From Orbicella franksi (Eukaryota): DNA of 64,000 bases. The notes under the pieces were generated by a model that worked only from the letters and a program-made list of their open reading frames with translations, ran no database searches and had not been told where the DNA came from. Below are positions 1 through 13,000 of the stretch, piece after piece (positions within the stretch are counted from its first letter, which is position 1; every line of letters starts with the position of its first letter). The DNA is taken from NCBI GenBank assembly GCA_964199315.1, contig OZ116707.1, forward strand, positions 4,650,001-4,714,000, in the 5' to 3' direction. Position numbers and translations under genes: made by a program.

Positions 1-984
1 AATAAATTATTCGTTTAAACGCTCATTTAAAGAAAACATTCGCCAAAGGAAAAACGCACTAAAACATTTTGTAAACGCGTTTAAATGTTTTTTAGCCCAT
101 TTAAACGGTGTTTAAACACATTTTGGTCTGAAACGTGAATAAACACGTTTTTCTCTTTTCACCTTTAACCACTTTTTCCAAAATAGGGTCACATATGATT
201 TCTGTGGTTGTTTAAGCGAAGATTGAATGCTGTTTTGTTCTTGCCTATGTACTGTAGATTGTAGATGTTACACTCAATAATGTAAGTAACCCACGATGAC
301 TGGCAGTTTACAGAGTGGAATATTTTAAAGGTCTTATTGTTGTTACCGCTGGTAAATGCGGTGGTTTTGTTAATTCCTTTGCATCAGCTACACTTCAGTT
401 TTCTGCATGCTTTGCAGCCTCTTGGTACAAGTGTTATTAACTGTCTTGAATTTAGTACTGACGAGTCCATCCTGGAGACTCATTGGGTGTCTGTAAGCCA
501 CTAAGGGTGGTTGTTGAATATGTGGGCCAGTCTTTCTTTAGATTGGAGGAAGTTCCAGTTTCTTCTTGCAATCTCTGCAATAAAGGTGGTATGTGGTTGA
601 ATGTAGTGTAGGGGTATACGATCAGTTGATTCCCTTTCTCTGGTCTGTAGACATTCTTCGGCATAGTCCGCTTTTATACTGAAGCGAAAGGTCAAACAAA
701 ACAAAAACACAAGTTCGATGCTCCACATGACTACTCGCGTGCATGTTCCACATGAACAAACTCACGGGATTGAAAGAATCCGATTGGTTCATTCAAAATG
801 GCTGACAAATTTGCATAAATTTCATGCAAGAATGCGGTGTAAAAAAATGTTCCCAAGCATATCTCGCAATGCATGCTCATGTTTATTTCTGCTAAAATTA
901 AATCTGATTTTTGGACTTGTCAGTTAATTTTTCAACTTTGGATCTTATTGCCTTTCACTCCTAGCGAGTGCAATGATTTTCCAT

Positions 985-1090
985 GATTTTGCATGAACCA
1001 ACCTAAATTCCATGACTTTCCAGGCCTGGAAGGTGAAATTATAAAATTCCATGACTTTCCATGTTTTCCATGACCTGTACGAACCCTCTG
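985..1090 (-). repeat. End of a non-autonomous hAT-like MITE
   Basis: Repeated TTCCATGA(C/T)TTTCC subterminal motifs ending in GTACGAACCCT; the reverse complement resembles CAGGG-type hAT termini. The partner end was not found. Confidence 0.35.
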
Positions 1091-1663
1091 CTGGTGTCCG
1101 AAGTACAGACACTGAAACATCAACTACAATGATCAGAGGTAAATTGTCAGTTACATGGTTAAGTGAAATATCTTGAGTTACCCTAAAATTCTGAAAATAA
1201 GGCCATTCTTATCTTATAATATCCTCTGAACATATATAGCTCCCCAAAAAATGAAATGCAAATCAACTTTATGTAGGAAGTCCCTTCTTATACAAAGAAA
1301 TATTGCTCACACAAATTCCCTCCTATAAATTAATAAGTCCCTTTGAATGTCAAACATAAACCCCCTAACCACTTCTTCCAAATACAAGTCCCTCAAGTTG
1401 GTCTTTTGAAAAAATCACGTAACACCCAGGGTATATTTTTGGAATTTTACTGTGGTGTGTGATTAAAGCAAGAAAACCTGATCCTGCTTCCTTGCTTCTT
1501 TCAGCTGCTATGAGGGTACATTTTAAAACAAAGCTGCAGCACTTCAACGATGCAAGAAAGAATATGTCAAAGGAGATCCTCAGTGCTCAAAGAGTTCGGA
1601 GTCATATGAATATGGTAAGTTGATATAATTTTATAATAATTGTAAATAGAAACCTGACACTAA

Positions 1664-2204
1664 AAATGCTACTATGATCAAAATAATTCACTTACCTTTT
1701 TCAATCAGATTTTAAAAGCGTGTTTGTTTGACACCTGACTGGCAAAATCTTGAACTTTGTATTTCATCCAAAGGCTGTTTTCTCTGAGTGCAAGTTTAGG
1801 ATTTCACAGTCTGCCATTTCACATTCAAGACTGACCAACTGGCCCTCAGAGGGTTGGATTGAGGATAAGATGACAAACTTAAAATTGCAGCGTGTAAACG
1901 CAGCTTATTGTACATGCAAAACACGAGTTTAAAGTCTGCAAGTTTGAAACTCCTGTGTTGCATATTAATTTAGATGCGTGCACACGCATTCCATTTTTAA
2001 ACTAGCCAGTCTTTGACGTCATCTTATCCTCGATCCAGCTCTCTCAAGATTTTAAAGTTAGTAATGGCAGACCATTAATAAGAAAATTTCAGTCAAAATA
2101 AACAGGTGTCTTTTTGAAATGAAACTTCCGTCACTTAGTGGTTCAGTTATATAGTTTTGAAATACAAAGAAAAAGTAAAATTGATTTTCGGTCACAGTAG
2201 CACT
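1664..2204. mobile_element. MITE with imperfect TIRs, TTAA-flanked on the right
   Basis: Left AATGCTACTATGATCAAAA matches the reverse complement of the right end (AGTGCTACTGTGACCGAAA); TTAA at 2205-2208; no coding capacity. Confidence 0.5.
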
Positions 2205-2947
2205 TTAAACTATAGTTAATAAGAAATATTTCACATGTTAGTACGCTGGACAAAACTGTTCTGGATTGATGTTTTACCACAAAAAATTAAAACAAACAAA
2301 GTGACACGACTAATTTTGTGATTGTCTTAAACTCTACTAAACTCCACACATGGAAACTTATTTTTATTTTGATCATGCAGGAAGGCTTATGTTATACCTT
2401 GTCCAAATTTGGCAACAGTCACAATAGTATGTAAAATCATGTGATTTCTGAGAAATAAGAGTCACATTTAGAATGTTGTTTTGCGATGAAACTCTTTACA
2501 TGCTGGTGGATTTTTTGGCAAGATTTTGACAACAAAGCATGCAAAAGACTTACAACTTTATTTGGCCACTGAAATACAATACTGGAATTAATTCATATAA
2601 CCTGTTCCTTGTTGTTAATGAGGTGCATGATATTCTAATGACCAGGTTGGGTACGCAAGAGATCGTTTTGCCATTGGAATGTACTGGACTGTTTAAAATC
2701 TGAACCAGAATATTCTTTGCAAGGGAAAAACAGTCAAGATGCATGAAATACGCGTAGTACTTTTGAATATTCTTGCCATTTTTTTGATGTTACATTACAC
2801 TATATGGCTGGCTTTCTGACGCCGTGGCTGAGAAACACTCACACTGGTACTTGCACTCCGGCATGCAAGCATCGGAAGAAAACAATATCTCATTTAAGGC
2901 TTGTTATTTTGAATAAATGTCCACAATTAGGAATTTAAAGCACTAGG

Positions 2948-3262
2948 AGAGTTTTCTTTTCTATTCAACCTTAAATTCCCAGAATTTGGAAACGGGGACA
3001 AATGGTATGGAAATTTCCTGTGAAATTAAATTTTCCCAAAAGAGCGGAAATTATTGAATTTCCGCAAAGCAAACCATTCAACCAAAAATACCAGAAGGAA
3101 AATCAAATTTAGGAAAAAAATTCCGGGTAAGAAATTTTCGGAAATTTGGATACACCTGGCGAGGTTGTTCTTGTGTTTGTAAATTCCAGAAAATGCTCTT
3201 CCATTCGTCAATGAAAATTTCCAGAAATTCAAACCGCTATTTTTCACAGAATGGAAAGTGCC
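2948..3262. repeat. Degenerate MITE-like repeat (possibly PIF/Harbinger-type)
   Basis: Many GGAAATTT/AAATTCC motifs in both orientations, ending GAATGGAAAGTGCC; the left terminus is degenerate. Confidence 0.3.
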
Positions 3263-3914
3263 ATTGGTTTCAGTTCAGCGTGTGCTTTTTAATTGTTTTT
3301 CTCATTACCATTTAGTGATTCTTATTAGCATATAAAAATGGGTTATACGAATTTACTCTACTGTCTTGAGAGACTGATCTTCTTTGAAGTCTTTAAAGTG
3401 ATCTTTCCACCAGACCGGTCTTCCACCTGTTTTGAATATGGCTGCCTTTAGCTCACACTTCACACAAACCACAATTACTCAAGATACTGCTGTTAAAGCG
3501 TGTTAAAGCGTGTTAAAGCGTGATCAACCAAGAACTTCAAAACCTGCCATGTTTGCTTTTAGGAAAGTTTTCGGACCTTTTTCTAGGCTCATCTACCAGG
3601 AGCTTGCCATTTTCTCACAATTTCTTGCTTAACAGCTTGAAATAACTTTCTTTGGTTTGCCTTGTGGCCTTCAGTGGTAGTAGCATTACAACTTGAATCT
3701 TTGCTTCTCTAAACCGCCGATGTATTACAGGATTTTATTATATGGCTTTGGCTTGTGGCCGATATAACGCGCGCTCTGATTGGTTAATTGTCACTGAATT
3801 GTAGGGCATTATTCTCCCGTAATGCCCCGGGCCGATTACGGGTTTGCAAAAACAAAGCAAAAGGTAATTAACAAACCATCGATTTTTTTTGTCTGAAAAT
3901 TGTAGCAGCTGAGA

Positions 3915-5414
3915 ATGAGTGACAAGGAGGAACACTCTGAGAGTGAATTTTATTACCCAGACGAGTTAGAATTTCAGGACAGCAGCGATTTGACAGAAAC
4001 AAATTACGAACGAGTTGGCGAGAGAGAAAACGAAGGAAACAGTCAAGAAGAGATTGAAACTTTCGTGAAAGAGCAAAAAAGTGACAACACAACTAAGAAA
4101 ACAGTCAGCGACATGAAAACATTTCAACGCTATTTGTCATCTATAAACAAGGGCGATGTAGAAGTCTTGGACCTACCGGCTGATGACCTTGACCATTTAC
4201 TTGCAAAGTTTTTCAAGGACGTCTGCAAAATTAATGGCGACGAGTACGAACCTGACACGCTATCCGGTTTCCAGCGAAGCATTCAGAGGTTCCTTTCCGA
4301 TGGGAAATCTCCATTCAATATTCTTGTGCAAAAGGAATTTCAGATGTCACGTAAAGTTCTAGCAGCCAAACGGAAAAGTTTAGTTCAGAAAACCGGCAAG
4401 GGCAACAAGCCAAATGCCACCCGCTCGCTGACAGATGAAGAAGAAGACAAACTCTTCAAAAGTGGCCAGTTTGGTGTTTCCAGTCCCGAAGCCCTGCAGA
4501 GAGCCATGTGGTGGTTTTTGTCCCTCCATTTCGGCTTTAGGGCCAGAGATGAAAGCCGCAAGTTGCGTTGGGGAGACGTGGAACTGCAGCAAGATCCTGT
4601 CCAAGATGGCCACGAAATGCTTGTCTGGATAAATGAATGGGGGACAAAGACACGAAAGGGGCAAGAAAATGGTCACCAGCGAGCGTTCCAGCCGAAGATT
4701 TACGCAACGAGCACTGAAAGGTGTCCCATAAAATTTTACAAGCTTTTCCGGGATCATCGACCCAAGGAAATGAATCAACCAGATTCACCATTCTTTTTAG
4801 CTGTCAGACAAGGCAGTCGTCGCGAAAACAGCGAAATATGGTACATGAAGGGACCACTAGGAAAAAATCAAATCGGAAAATTCCTTAGTGCAGCAGCAGA
4901 CAACGCAGGCATTCAAAGAATCGGAGCAAAAGTCAGCAACCATTCTGTTCGGAAAACAAGTATATCAAGGCTGCTAGACGCCAACACGCCGAAGAATTTC
5001 GTAGCTCAGTTAAGCGGCCACAAAAACACTCAAAGTTTGAAGTCGTATAAATCAGCTGGTGAAAACCACCAACGACAGATGTCTTACATCCTCAGCAGAA
5101 CTACGCAGGAAGCCCCTAATTTGCCAGATTCTGTAGATTCATACCATTTGCCGGAAAATCAATCATCCACAGGGCAATTGATGACCTCAGAGTCAGTACA
5201 GCAGTCGACATCAACAAATTCCCTTGCTGTAACACAAACAAGTTTAAATCAACATCCAGGAACATCAGATGTGAACAGCCGAGCGGTTTTTGCAGGGGCA
5301 AATATCAGCAGCGTTTCTGGTTGCCAATTTCAGATCTTCAATGGCCCAGTAAAGATCATTCAAGAATCGCACAAAAGGCGTCGATTTGTCATCGAAAGTG
5401 ATGACGAAGACTGA
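3915..5414 (+). CDS. DUF3504-type tyrosine recombinase (CryptonA / KCTD1-ZMYM-QRICH1-related), 499 aa, uninterrupted
   Basis: Motifs YEPDTL, GKGNKPN, HFGFRARDE (catalytic R), CPIKFY, NHSVRKT (HxR), LSGHKN (H) and SLKSY (Y) are in YR order. Confidence 0.85.
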   Translation: MSDKEEHSESEFYYPDELEFQDSSDLTETNYERVGERENEGNSQEEIETFVKEQKSDNTTKKTVSDMKTFQRYLSSINKGDVEVLDLPADDLDHLLAKFFKDVCKINGDEYEPDTLSGFQRSIQRFLSDGKSPFNILVQKEFQMSRKVLAAKRKSLVQKTGKGNKPNATRSLTDEEEDKLFKSGQFGVSSPEALQRAMWWFLSLHFGFRARDESRKLRWGDVELQQDPVQDGHEMLVWINEWGTKTRKGQENGHQRAFQPKIYATSTERCPIKFYKLFRDHRPKEMNQPDSPFFLAVRQGSRRENSEIWYMKGPLGKNQIGKFLSAAADNAGIQRIGAKVSNHSVRKTSISRLLDANTPKNFVAQLSGHKNTQSLKSYKSAGENHQRQMSYILSRTTQEAPNLPDSVDSYHLPENQSSTGQLMTSESVQQSTSTNSLAVTQTSLNQHPGTSDVNSRAVFAGANISSVSGCQFQIFNGPVKIIQESHKRRRFVIESDDED

Positions 5415-5757
5415 ACATTCTGAACAGTGCATTCCTTTGTGTATATTTTCCACGAGGCCGTTCACATTTTTCTGTATGTATTGACTTTGGCCGTTGATTC
5501 TCAGAAATGTTGACGAAATTTTCCTTGTTGTAACATGACCATAACATTCCACATGACCTTTTTACAGCTGTAATAAATTGTGACGAAAATAAAGATTATT
5601 TTAGATCGAAAGACGCGTTAGTTCACCTGATTTGTGCAGTTGGAAACGATGAATGAACAGGGAAGCGCACGCACTACCGGATGTAAAGTGATCACTTCCG
5701 CTGCGCCAGCTTTAGCTTTTTTGCTTTATTTTTTGTTTTTGTGCCATATAATAAACA

Positions 5758-5898
5758 ACTTAATAACCTCAACCATTCAGTCGTTACGGGAAAATCTCAA
5801 ACCTCCGCCTACCGTATTGACCTTGCTATCGCTCGGTCAATACGGCAAGGCCTCAGTTTGAGATTTTCCCGTAACGACCTCACCCTCGGTTATTAAGT
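5758..5898. repeat. Interrupted palindrome/hairpin at the right end of the Crypton-like element
   Basis: Arms 5758-5768/5888-5898 (11 bp), 5780-5802/5856-5878 (23 bp, perfect) and 5812-5822/5835-5845 (11 bp); loop TTGCTATCGCTC. Confidence 0.9.
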
Positions 5899-6914
5899 AG
5901 TTAATAGTGCTATTTAGATGGATATTGCTCCTTCTTCGTAACATCTTGTCTAATTCATGAAAGAATTCCACAAACACGCAACAATGTTCTTCACACAACA
6001 ACACTGATCTAACACTACCATGTCAATGTAAACTGTGACTATTCTGAGAAATTGCACAATTTTCCGTACTTTTGCTATTCATTCTGCAAATTTAGATTCG
6101 CTGTGACTCAAGTCTTCCTTGCCTGATCGATATGAAATAAATTCCATGTGTGGAATTTAATAAAGTTTAAGACACTCACAAAATTATTTGCATCGCTTTG
6201 CTTGTCTTAATTTTTTGTCAAAAAATGTTGATCCAGAACAGTTTTGTCCAGCGCACTATTTAATGACTGAGTATAGGTGATTTATTCCAGCCTTCACAAC
6301 TCTTTTTCCACTGTTTAGTAAGAGATAGATCACCAAGAGCAGAATTTTCTAACTTCTTAAAGGCCATAAATATCACAGTAGCTTAATTCTTTATCAGCCT
6401 GCCAGTTTAATATAATAAACATGTCATAAAATCAAACCTAAGTACACCTTGTAAAGTCTGCATATATTGTGGTGGTTCAATATCGTTGGAACCATTCTTT
6501 GAAACTACTTGTTATTTCTAACTCCAACACATTGCCCTTGAATTTGCTCTTGCTCTTTTCAGTCATTTACTCATGACTACATGTATTTATTTCCGATTAT
6601 TCCAATCCCTTGGCCAAAAATCAGCACTGTTCATTTTGAACTCAATTGGTAGAGTTCAAGGATAAACTCCAGCAGGACTTTACACTGTGTCAGAACACAG
6701 CTGGAATGCTACAAATTATTTGGTCCCAACAATATATGCTTTTACTGTAAACCTTTGTCCTTGGATGATTTCCTCCATTATGTTAAATACATATCAATTT
6801 TTATCAATCAGTCCTGGATATTTCAAACCACTGTTATTTCAAACTATTTTTCTCTTCCCTAAAGAGTTCAAAATGGTGTAGTCCAACTGTAACAGTTTAA
6901 TGGCAGACTTTTAA

Positions 6915-7425
6915 GAGCTCCTGCCTGAGAGCATTGAGAATTGTGCGACAGTGACTATTTTGGCACATTGCTCATATTTTGCCTCAAGATACCCTTTGGT
7001 GAACTGTTTTCAAAAATCATAATTTTAAGTTCCAGCGCTTTTTTGTTTTTGAAAAAAATTCAAAAGTTTGAAAATGCAGTCAAAGTGTGTTTTCTGCCCA
7101 GTGGAATGCCCCAAATAACACAAAAAGACGAACCGTTCGTAAAATCTTGAAATTCAATCAAATACTGTTAAATTTTGCTCAGATATAGAATAGCTATTCC
7201 TCTTTACAGCTAAAGTTAAAAGATATGTCAAATGCTCTATTACTTTAAGTTTTCAAGCCATCCAAAAAACATTTCTGGCGACCGCCTAACGAGAGGCAAA
7301 ATATTGGCTATTTTTGACTGGATAAAACCCTCTCTGGTACCTAATTATTTCAGAATCTAACTCTACAGCTGAAAAGATTTGTCTTTTAACTGTTATTCTG
7401 CCAAATCTCAAGGTCGGACTCGAAC
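6915..7425 (+). repeat. Left TIR of the Sola3 element
   Basis: Aligns as reverse complement to 14518-15021 along its length, with mismatches increasing inward. Confidence 0.85.
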
Positions 7426-8369
7426 TGGTTCCCTTTGAAAAAACCTGGAATCTACGAACAATGTTTAGCACATCTTTCAAAATATTTGTCTACATTTCGA
7501 CGTAAAGAAAGACCAAAACCTCAATGTTTGCTGCTTTGTACATTTGAGTGACTGGATTATCGTTATTTCTGAGCAACTTACGAAATAAAACGCTAAAATA
7601 TATATTTATCGTGTGATTATTACCTTGAGATTTCAAGATAAGTTGTTGTGGGAAACTGTTTTAAAATGACATGGCGACTTGCTATGTAAACATTGCGGAA
7701 ATGGTCGTCTTTTCTCGGATGTATTTTCAACCTTATGAATGAATTTCAGAACTCTCCAAACAAGATTTGGTAAAAGATAACATCTCATCAGTGTCTAACA
7801 GCGCTTAGTTTACACGCAATGGTGTAAACTTATTTGTTATTTCTCATTTTCCGACTGGACTGTAATTTGATCTAATTTCACCTTTCACCTACAACTTCCT
7901 GATCCCACGCAAACCACGCACAGTCATGTAAATATATTTCTAAAATAAACGCAAAATATGCACCAAAACCCGTTTTCCCATCTACTTACTATCACTCCAG
8001 CTTTCACCTAGCATTAAAGCATCCATTGTAGGAACCAGATGTGTTTGAAATCTTCCTGAAAGGTCAGTTTATTTACAAACACAACAGCCAAGTCACGTGC
8101 ACACCAAAGTGTGGTAAAATTATTGGCTACATTGAACTGGAAAACCAGGAACATATGAGACCAGTCCTGCTGTTGGCTTAGCTGTGCTATTTTGTGCCCC
8201 TAAGTGTTTGTATTTTTCACATAGCATTTTTCTGTAGCTACATTACACATAAGGTAGGTCCAGCGCTTGCGGGCAATCGAGTGACTATCCAGGACACCTC
8301 GAGTGCGTTAGTCTAAAGGACTGCACGAGAGATGTCAGCAGTCATTTGGCAAGCTTCAAACTAAGCAGG

Positions 8370-11300
8370 GATGAGGGTATTAATACAGAGATGAAGTTAC
8401 TGTTGGCGAGAGCTGGTGAGCGGTGTCATTTATGCTATTTTTGAACCGGTAGTGCCCACATACAGATGAGATGTTTAGCTAAAAGCTGTTAATGTTTCAG
8501 GTGTGTTTAAAGTGGAAGAAGAGCACAAGTTGCTTAATCATTGTCCGCACCAGAGCCATTTATGGTATCCATTGGAGTACAGGAAGATCTGTCTACACAG
8601 TCCCTGCAGAGATGGCCGCCCACAAATCAGCGAATGCTAAAGGAAGCTACTGAGTGAATAGCCACCAATCAGCAGTAATTTTTGAGGAAACCAAGATTCT
8701 CATTCCAGTTGGATCGCGTGAGTTGTTCTAATTTTATCAGTTGCATATAGCCTAAAATGTTTACAAGATCTCGTACAAGTAGTTATACATATACATGTAA
8801 CTGTTCCTATTTCAGAACCATGAGGGGTGAAACAGACTGGCCTGTGAAGTAATCGTAAAGGGAAATAAGGCAAGGGATCGTGCGAGAGAATGGAACAGTT
8901 ATTTCTGTGGTCTTGAAGTCACTGATTTCGTAATAGCTTTTTCGAGTTATTTTAATCGGCTGAGAAAATTCACATTGTCCTCGAGCAGTATATTTTTCGG
9001 CAAGAAGTGAAAGGTTTATTGCTCCACTTTTTCAGCAATTTGCAAACAGTGTAAAGAGTTTGTGAGCAAACAGCTGTTGGAAAACAAGTCACTGCTGGAC
9101 CAGAAGTCAGAAGCCTGTGGAACACCTTTGGCTGCGCCTGCGGTTGAACAACCTGTACTACATGCCGAGTCATCTCAAGAACAATCCACGGTAAGAAGCT
9201 GACTAATTTTCCACCGGGTGTTAATTTAATGCCAGCCCAAAACCCACCCCAACACCATCGCACACACTTCACAACATACACCCACATACCAAAAATAAAA
9301 TAAATACGCTTTTTAGTTACTATTGAAATTATTTTTACTTATAGCAGATATTAGTGGAAAAGGATTCCTCGGACAGCGATGTTTCATCTGAAGATCTGGT
9401 GGCAGAATTATCAAGGCTTGCAATTGACGATGAGACTTTCCTTAGTCCAGATACAGATAGCATTGTTTCAAGCACGAGCGAGGAAACGCAAGCTGTGAAG
9501 GCAACATTGGTGGTGCCTCGAGAAAAGTTGAATGAATATTTACTCTCCGACGGTATCGCTCCGATAGTTCAACCCTGGCTTGAGTGGGAACAAGTCTCTG
9601 ACAGAACCAAGCAACAATACACCAAAAGAACGGCAGAGATCGTGTCCTCAGTCCTCCGCACAATCAGCCCGAAAGACGCAGGTTCTCTTTGGCAGGCCAT
9701 TGTCTCGTCTGCTGCTATGAAGAAGGCCCTTGGTCTAGAAGACTTATCGTAGCCATCAAAAGACTACCTTGAGGCTTTGGTAGAGGCTTACAGCAATGCA
9801 AATGGCTGAGACACGAGAAGACAGATTCTGTCCATCATGGCAGGTCTTGCCAGCTACAAGGCCATCTCAGTGTTTATACCAGGCTTGTCGAGATATCACT
9901 ACACCATAGCCAACCTTCATCGCCTGCAGTTTGCGCGCGGCGCTTCCATGACATACCAACCATTAGTGAGAGTAAGAGTTGAGCGGCAGCAGTTGGACCA
10001 TTTTCTGTCCTTCATTACGAGTCCTCATTTAGTCCAAGATCTGCCTTTTGGACAGAACGTGCTGACGCTTTCCTCAGGAAAAACTATTGAAATACTGAAC
10101 ATCATCCGTACGCTTATTCCACAGAGGATAGCGGGCCAGTACAAACAGTACTGCGATGAGACGGGACTCAAGCCCTTCAGCGAGCGCACCATGTTGCGGA
10201 TACTAGCAGAGTGCAAAGCTTCAGTATGCAAGTCTCTTTAAGGGCTTGATTACTTTGCCGCAGAAGGTGCTCGCGCTTTTGAAGAACTTGGATCCTTAGT
10301 GCGCCAGCTTACCAAACTCGGACTGGGAAAGGAATCAGATGCCATTGACACCCAATCCTTGAAGACTGCCAAATTGTATCTTAAAAGCAATTTCAAGGTA
10401 ATAGTTGTTTTTTGAAAACTAACCTTAAAAAATTGTAGGACTGGGACAAAATCTGTCTCGCAGTGGGTTGCTCAAAATTCACTTTGAATATGCCTTTTAA
10501 ACATAGATACTGTTTATTTTTTTAAATTCATTCTACAGTAGTAATTCTGTAAAAAGGCAGTAAAACGGTTATCTAGAAAAAAATAAAATTAGTCCAATGG
10601 CTCTCCCATCAAAAGATCAGGCTTTGATGAGAGAGAAGGGGATAGTGAGAGGGGAGGGGGGTGGGGGGTGGGAATGGCCAATTGATGGGAAAAGTGCCTT
10701 AGTCACCTTTTCCATTTATTTTTTAATGGTGTTTTGTTTTAACCGCACACATTTTTTTCCTTTATTCTCTTTGATCCAAGGCCAGCTGAATATGTACCTT
10801 ATTAGTGTAGCGATCTTGGCAATACAGGTATGATGTGTAATGCATTCAAATGCATTCCTTGACAGGTTCACATTAGCACCAAGGCAGTCACTGCAGTGTG
10901 TTTGCCCTTAGCAATTGTACCAACCCAGACCTTCGGCAACAATGCGATCACAGACACGAAGATGTATGCGAGCAGTGCGAAAACCTAAATTCTACACTTG
11001 CCACCATTTCAGAAGCCGTAGCTAGGGCGCCGTTTCACACGGATGACAACAGAGACGAAGCTGTATATCTTACCAATCACGCCACGCTTGCCATCCAGTC
11101 ATGGAAATGTCATTTGTTACGATCAGCACACCAAGACCAGGCTCGCCTGCATGTCATCGATGCCCTCAACCAAGAAACGGTTTTCATTGTAAACGACTAG
11201 GCAATAAAGTTTTTGCCACAGAGTTACCGAGAGTCGCAAGCATACTTTTTTGGCAAGCGTGGTATATCCTGGCACATATCAGTCACATACCGACAGGTAG

Positions 11301-13000
11301 AAGGGGTCCTACAGTGGCAAGGGCTCATCCATGTCATCCAGTCATGTAGCCAGGGAAGCTCTGCAGTCGTAGCCATCATGCACCACGTTCTGACCACACT
11401 TAAGCAGGAGTACCCGGAAATCCACACGGCCTTTTTTCGTCAGGATAACGCCTGGTGCTACCATTCTTCTAGCACAATCCTGGCGTGTCGACATATGGGA
11501 ACATGTTGCGGAATTCAAATGGCATGTATTGATTTTAGCTATCCACAAGGGGGTAAAGGTGCGGCAGATCGATTGGCTGCGTCGTGCAAATTCCATATTA
11601 GGGCATACATAAATGAAGGACACGACGTGTGCACTGCAAATGACGTGAAAATTGCATTGATTTCTCATGGAGGACTGGAGGGAGTCCGAATGGTTTCCAT
11701 GGACACCATTGCCGAGACGCAAGACATGGTCCAGACAATAGCAGGTATCACAAAGCTGAACAACTTTGAGTTTACTTCAACAAATACCGTTACTTGTTGG
11801 CGTGCATATGGTGTCGGTCCTGGTGATGTAATCAAACTGGATGTATCATCTTTTAGGTCTACTGGTGAGTAGCCAAATATTGTATACATAATGTCACTAT
11901 TTGTTATACAGACTGACAAACTCTCTTATTTTGCCGTTACTATGGTGTTCTTCACAATTCGACCTTAATTAGATACAATAACGAGTGCGGAAACCTCCCT
12001 GATTAATAGTGTTAGGTAGAGAGGGAGTGAGGGATGGGAAATGCTTTTCAGTAGTACCTCTTCAACACCTGTTATTACCAATAACAATAACTGCATTGTT
12101 ACTTGTTTGTAGATTGAAATATAATGTGGATGTGTGTCTCGTCATGTTTCAGAACCTAGTCAGAGCGGACTAGTGGCAGCATTTTCCCTGGGAAACTTCA
12201 AACCTTTGGGCAACAAGTCGACCAAAGCCACAACTCCTGAAGCCAGCGCAGAGGAAATGCAGAATGTCAATCCAGAGGAGAGCAACAAGGTTGCTGGGGT
12301 TTATTCATGTCCCCAGGATGGGTGCGAGCGCATCTTTCAACGGGTATCGGCGCTTGAAAGCATTTGTCACCCGAGAAATGCACATGGTCACCTGAGAGAC
12401 ATACTGTGATAGATCTAGCCAAAATGGGTTACAAGTCTGCCCTGGAGGAGGGCGTTGGCGTTTTACCGACCTTAAAAGCCTTAACGCTTTCCCAGGATTA
12501 CCCTATTGCAGCTGCCAAGGAGGGATGGGCTCTAAGAGCTGTCAAAAGAGCTTATTGGTTCAGTGATAAACAAAAGTCCTACCTTTTGGCTAAATTTCGT
12601 ATCGGCCAAACAACAGGCCAAGAGCTCGATGCGGAGGTCGTTGGTCATGAAATGCGCCGTGCTTGTGGTGCTGACTGTCTGCGCCTTTTCCAGTCATGAG
12701 AATTCCTTACAGCCTCGCAGATCGCCTCTTACTTTTCACATCTTAATGCTGCCGCTCGCCAGCAAGATATGAATGAGTTAGATATCCAGGCATCAGAAGA
12801 GGAGACAAATTTCATTGGTGCCAGAGACGTGGCGGCCACAGCAAGCCAGGTCCATATGACCAGTTCCATCTTTCCTCAATGGTGAAAGGTGATACCTTGA
12901 AGATGCTCAAGTTACCAATGCTGCAGTGTGTATGCAAGGGCCTGGGTCTAGGTGTACCACAGCCTCCTGTGCGCAGGAGAGCTCCGTACATGGAACTACA
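8370..13000 (+). pseudogene. Intron-containing Sola3 transposase pseudogene
   Basis: Exons joined by GT-AG introns (8416-8500; 10398-10865 joining FK|VH). Core motifs D*AIKFLPQSYRESQAYFFGKRGISWH (D 11195, W mutated to TAG), RQDNAWCYHS and GGKGAADRLAA; several stops and frameshifts. Confidence 0.75.

Larger units (their letters stand above)
3734..5898 (+). mobile_element. Crypton-like tyrosine-recombinase DNA transposon (boundaries approximate)
   Basis: YR ORF flanked by a 13-bp inverted repeat (TTTATTATATGGC 3734-3746 / GCCATATAATAAA 5743-5755), a small left hairpin (3816-3842) and a large right hairpin (5758-5898). Confidence 0.65.

Noticed and set aside
452-728. Overlapping minus-strand ORFs resembling an exon
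   Set aside because: No recognisable motif or neighbouring exons; cannot support a gene call.
3493-3522. 10-bp tandem repeat (GTTAAAGCGT)x3
   Set aside because: Short slippage-type repeat with no associated structure.
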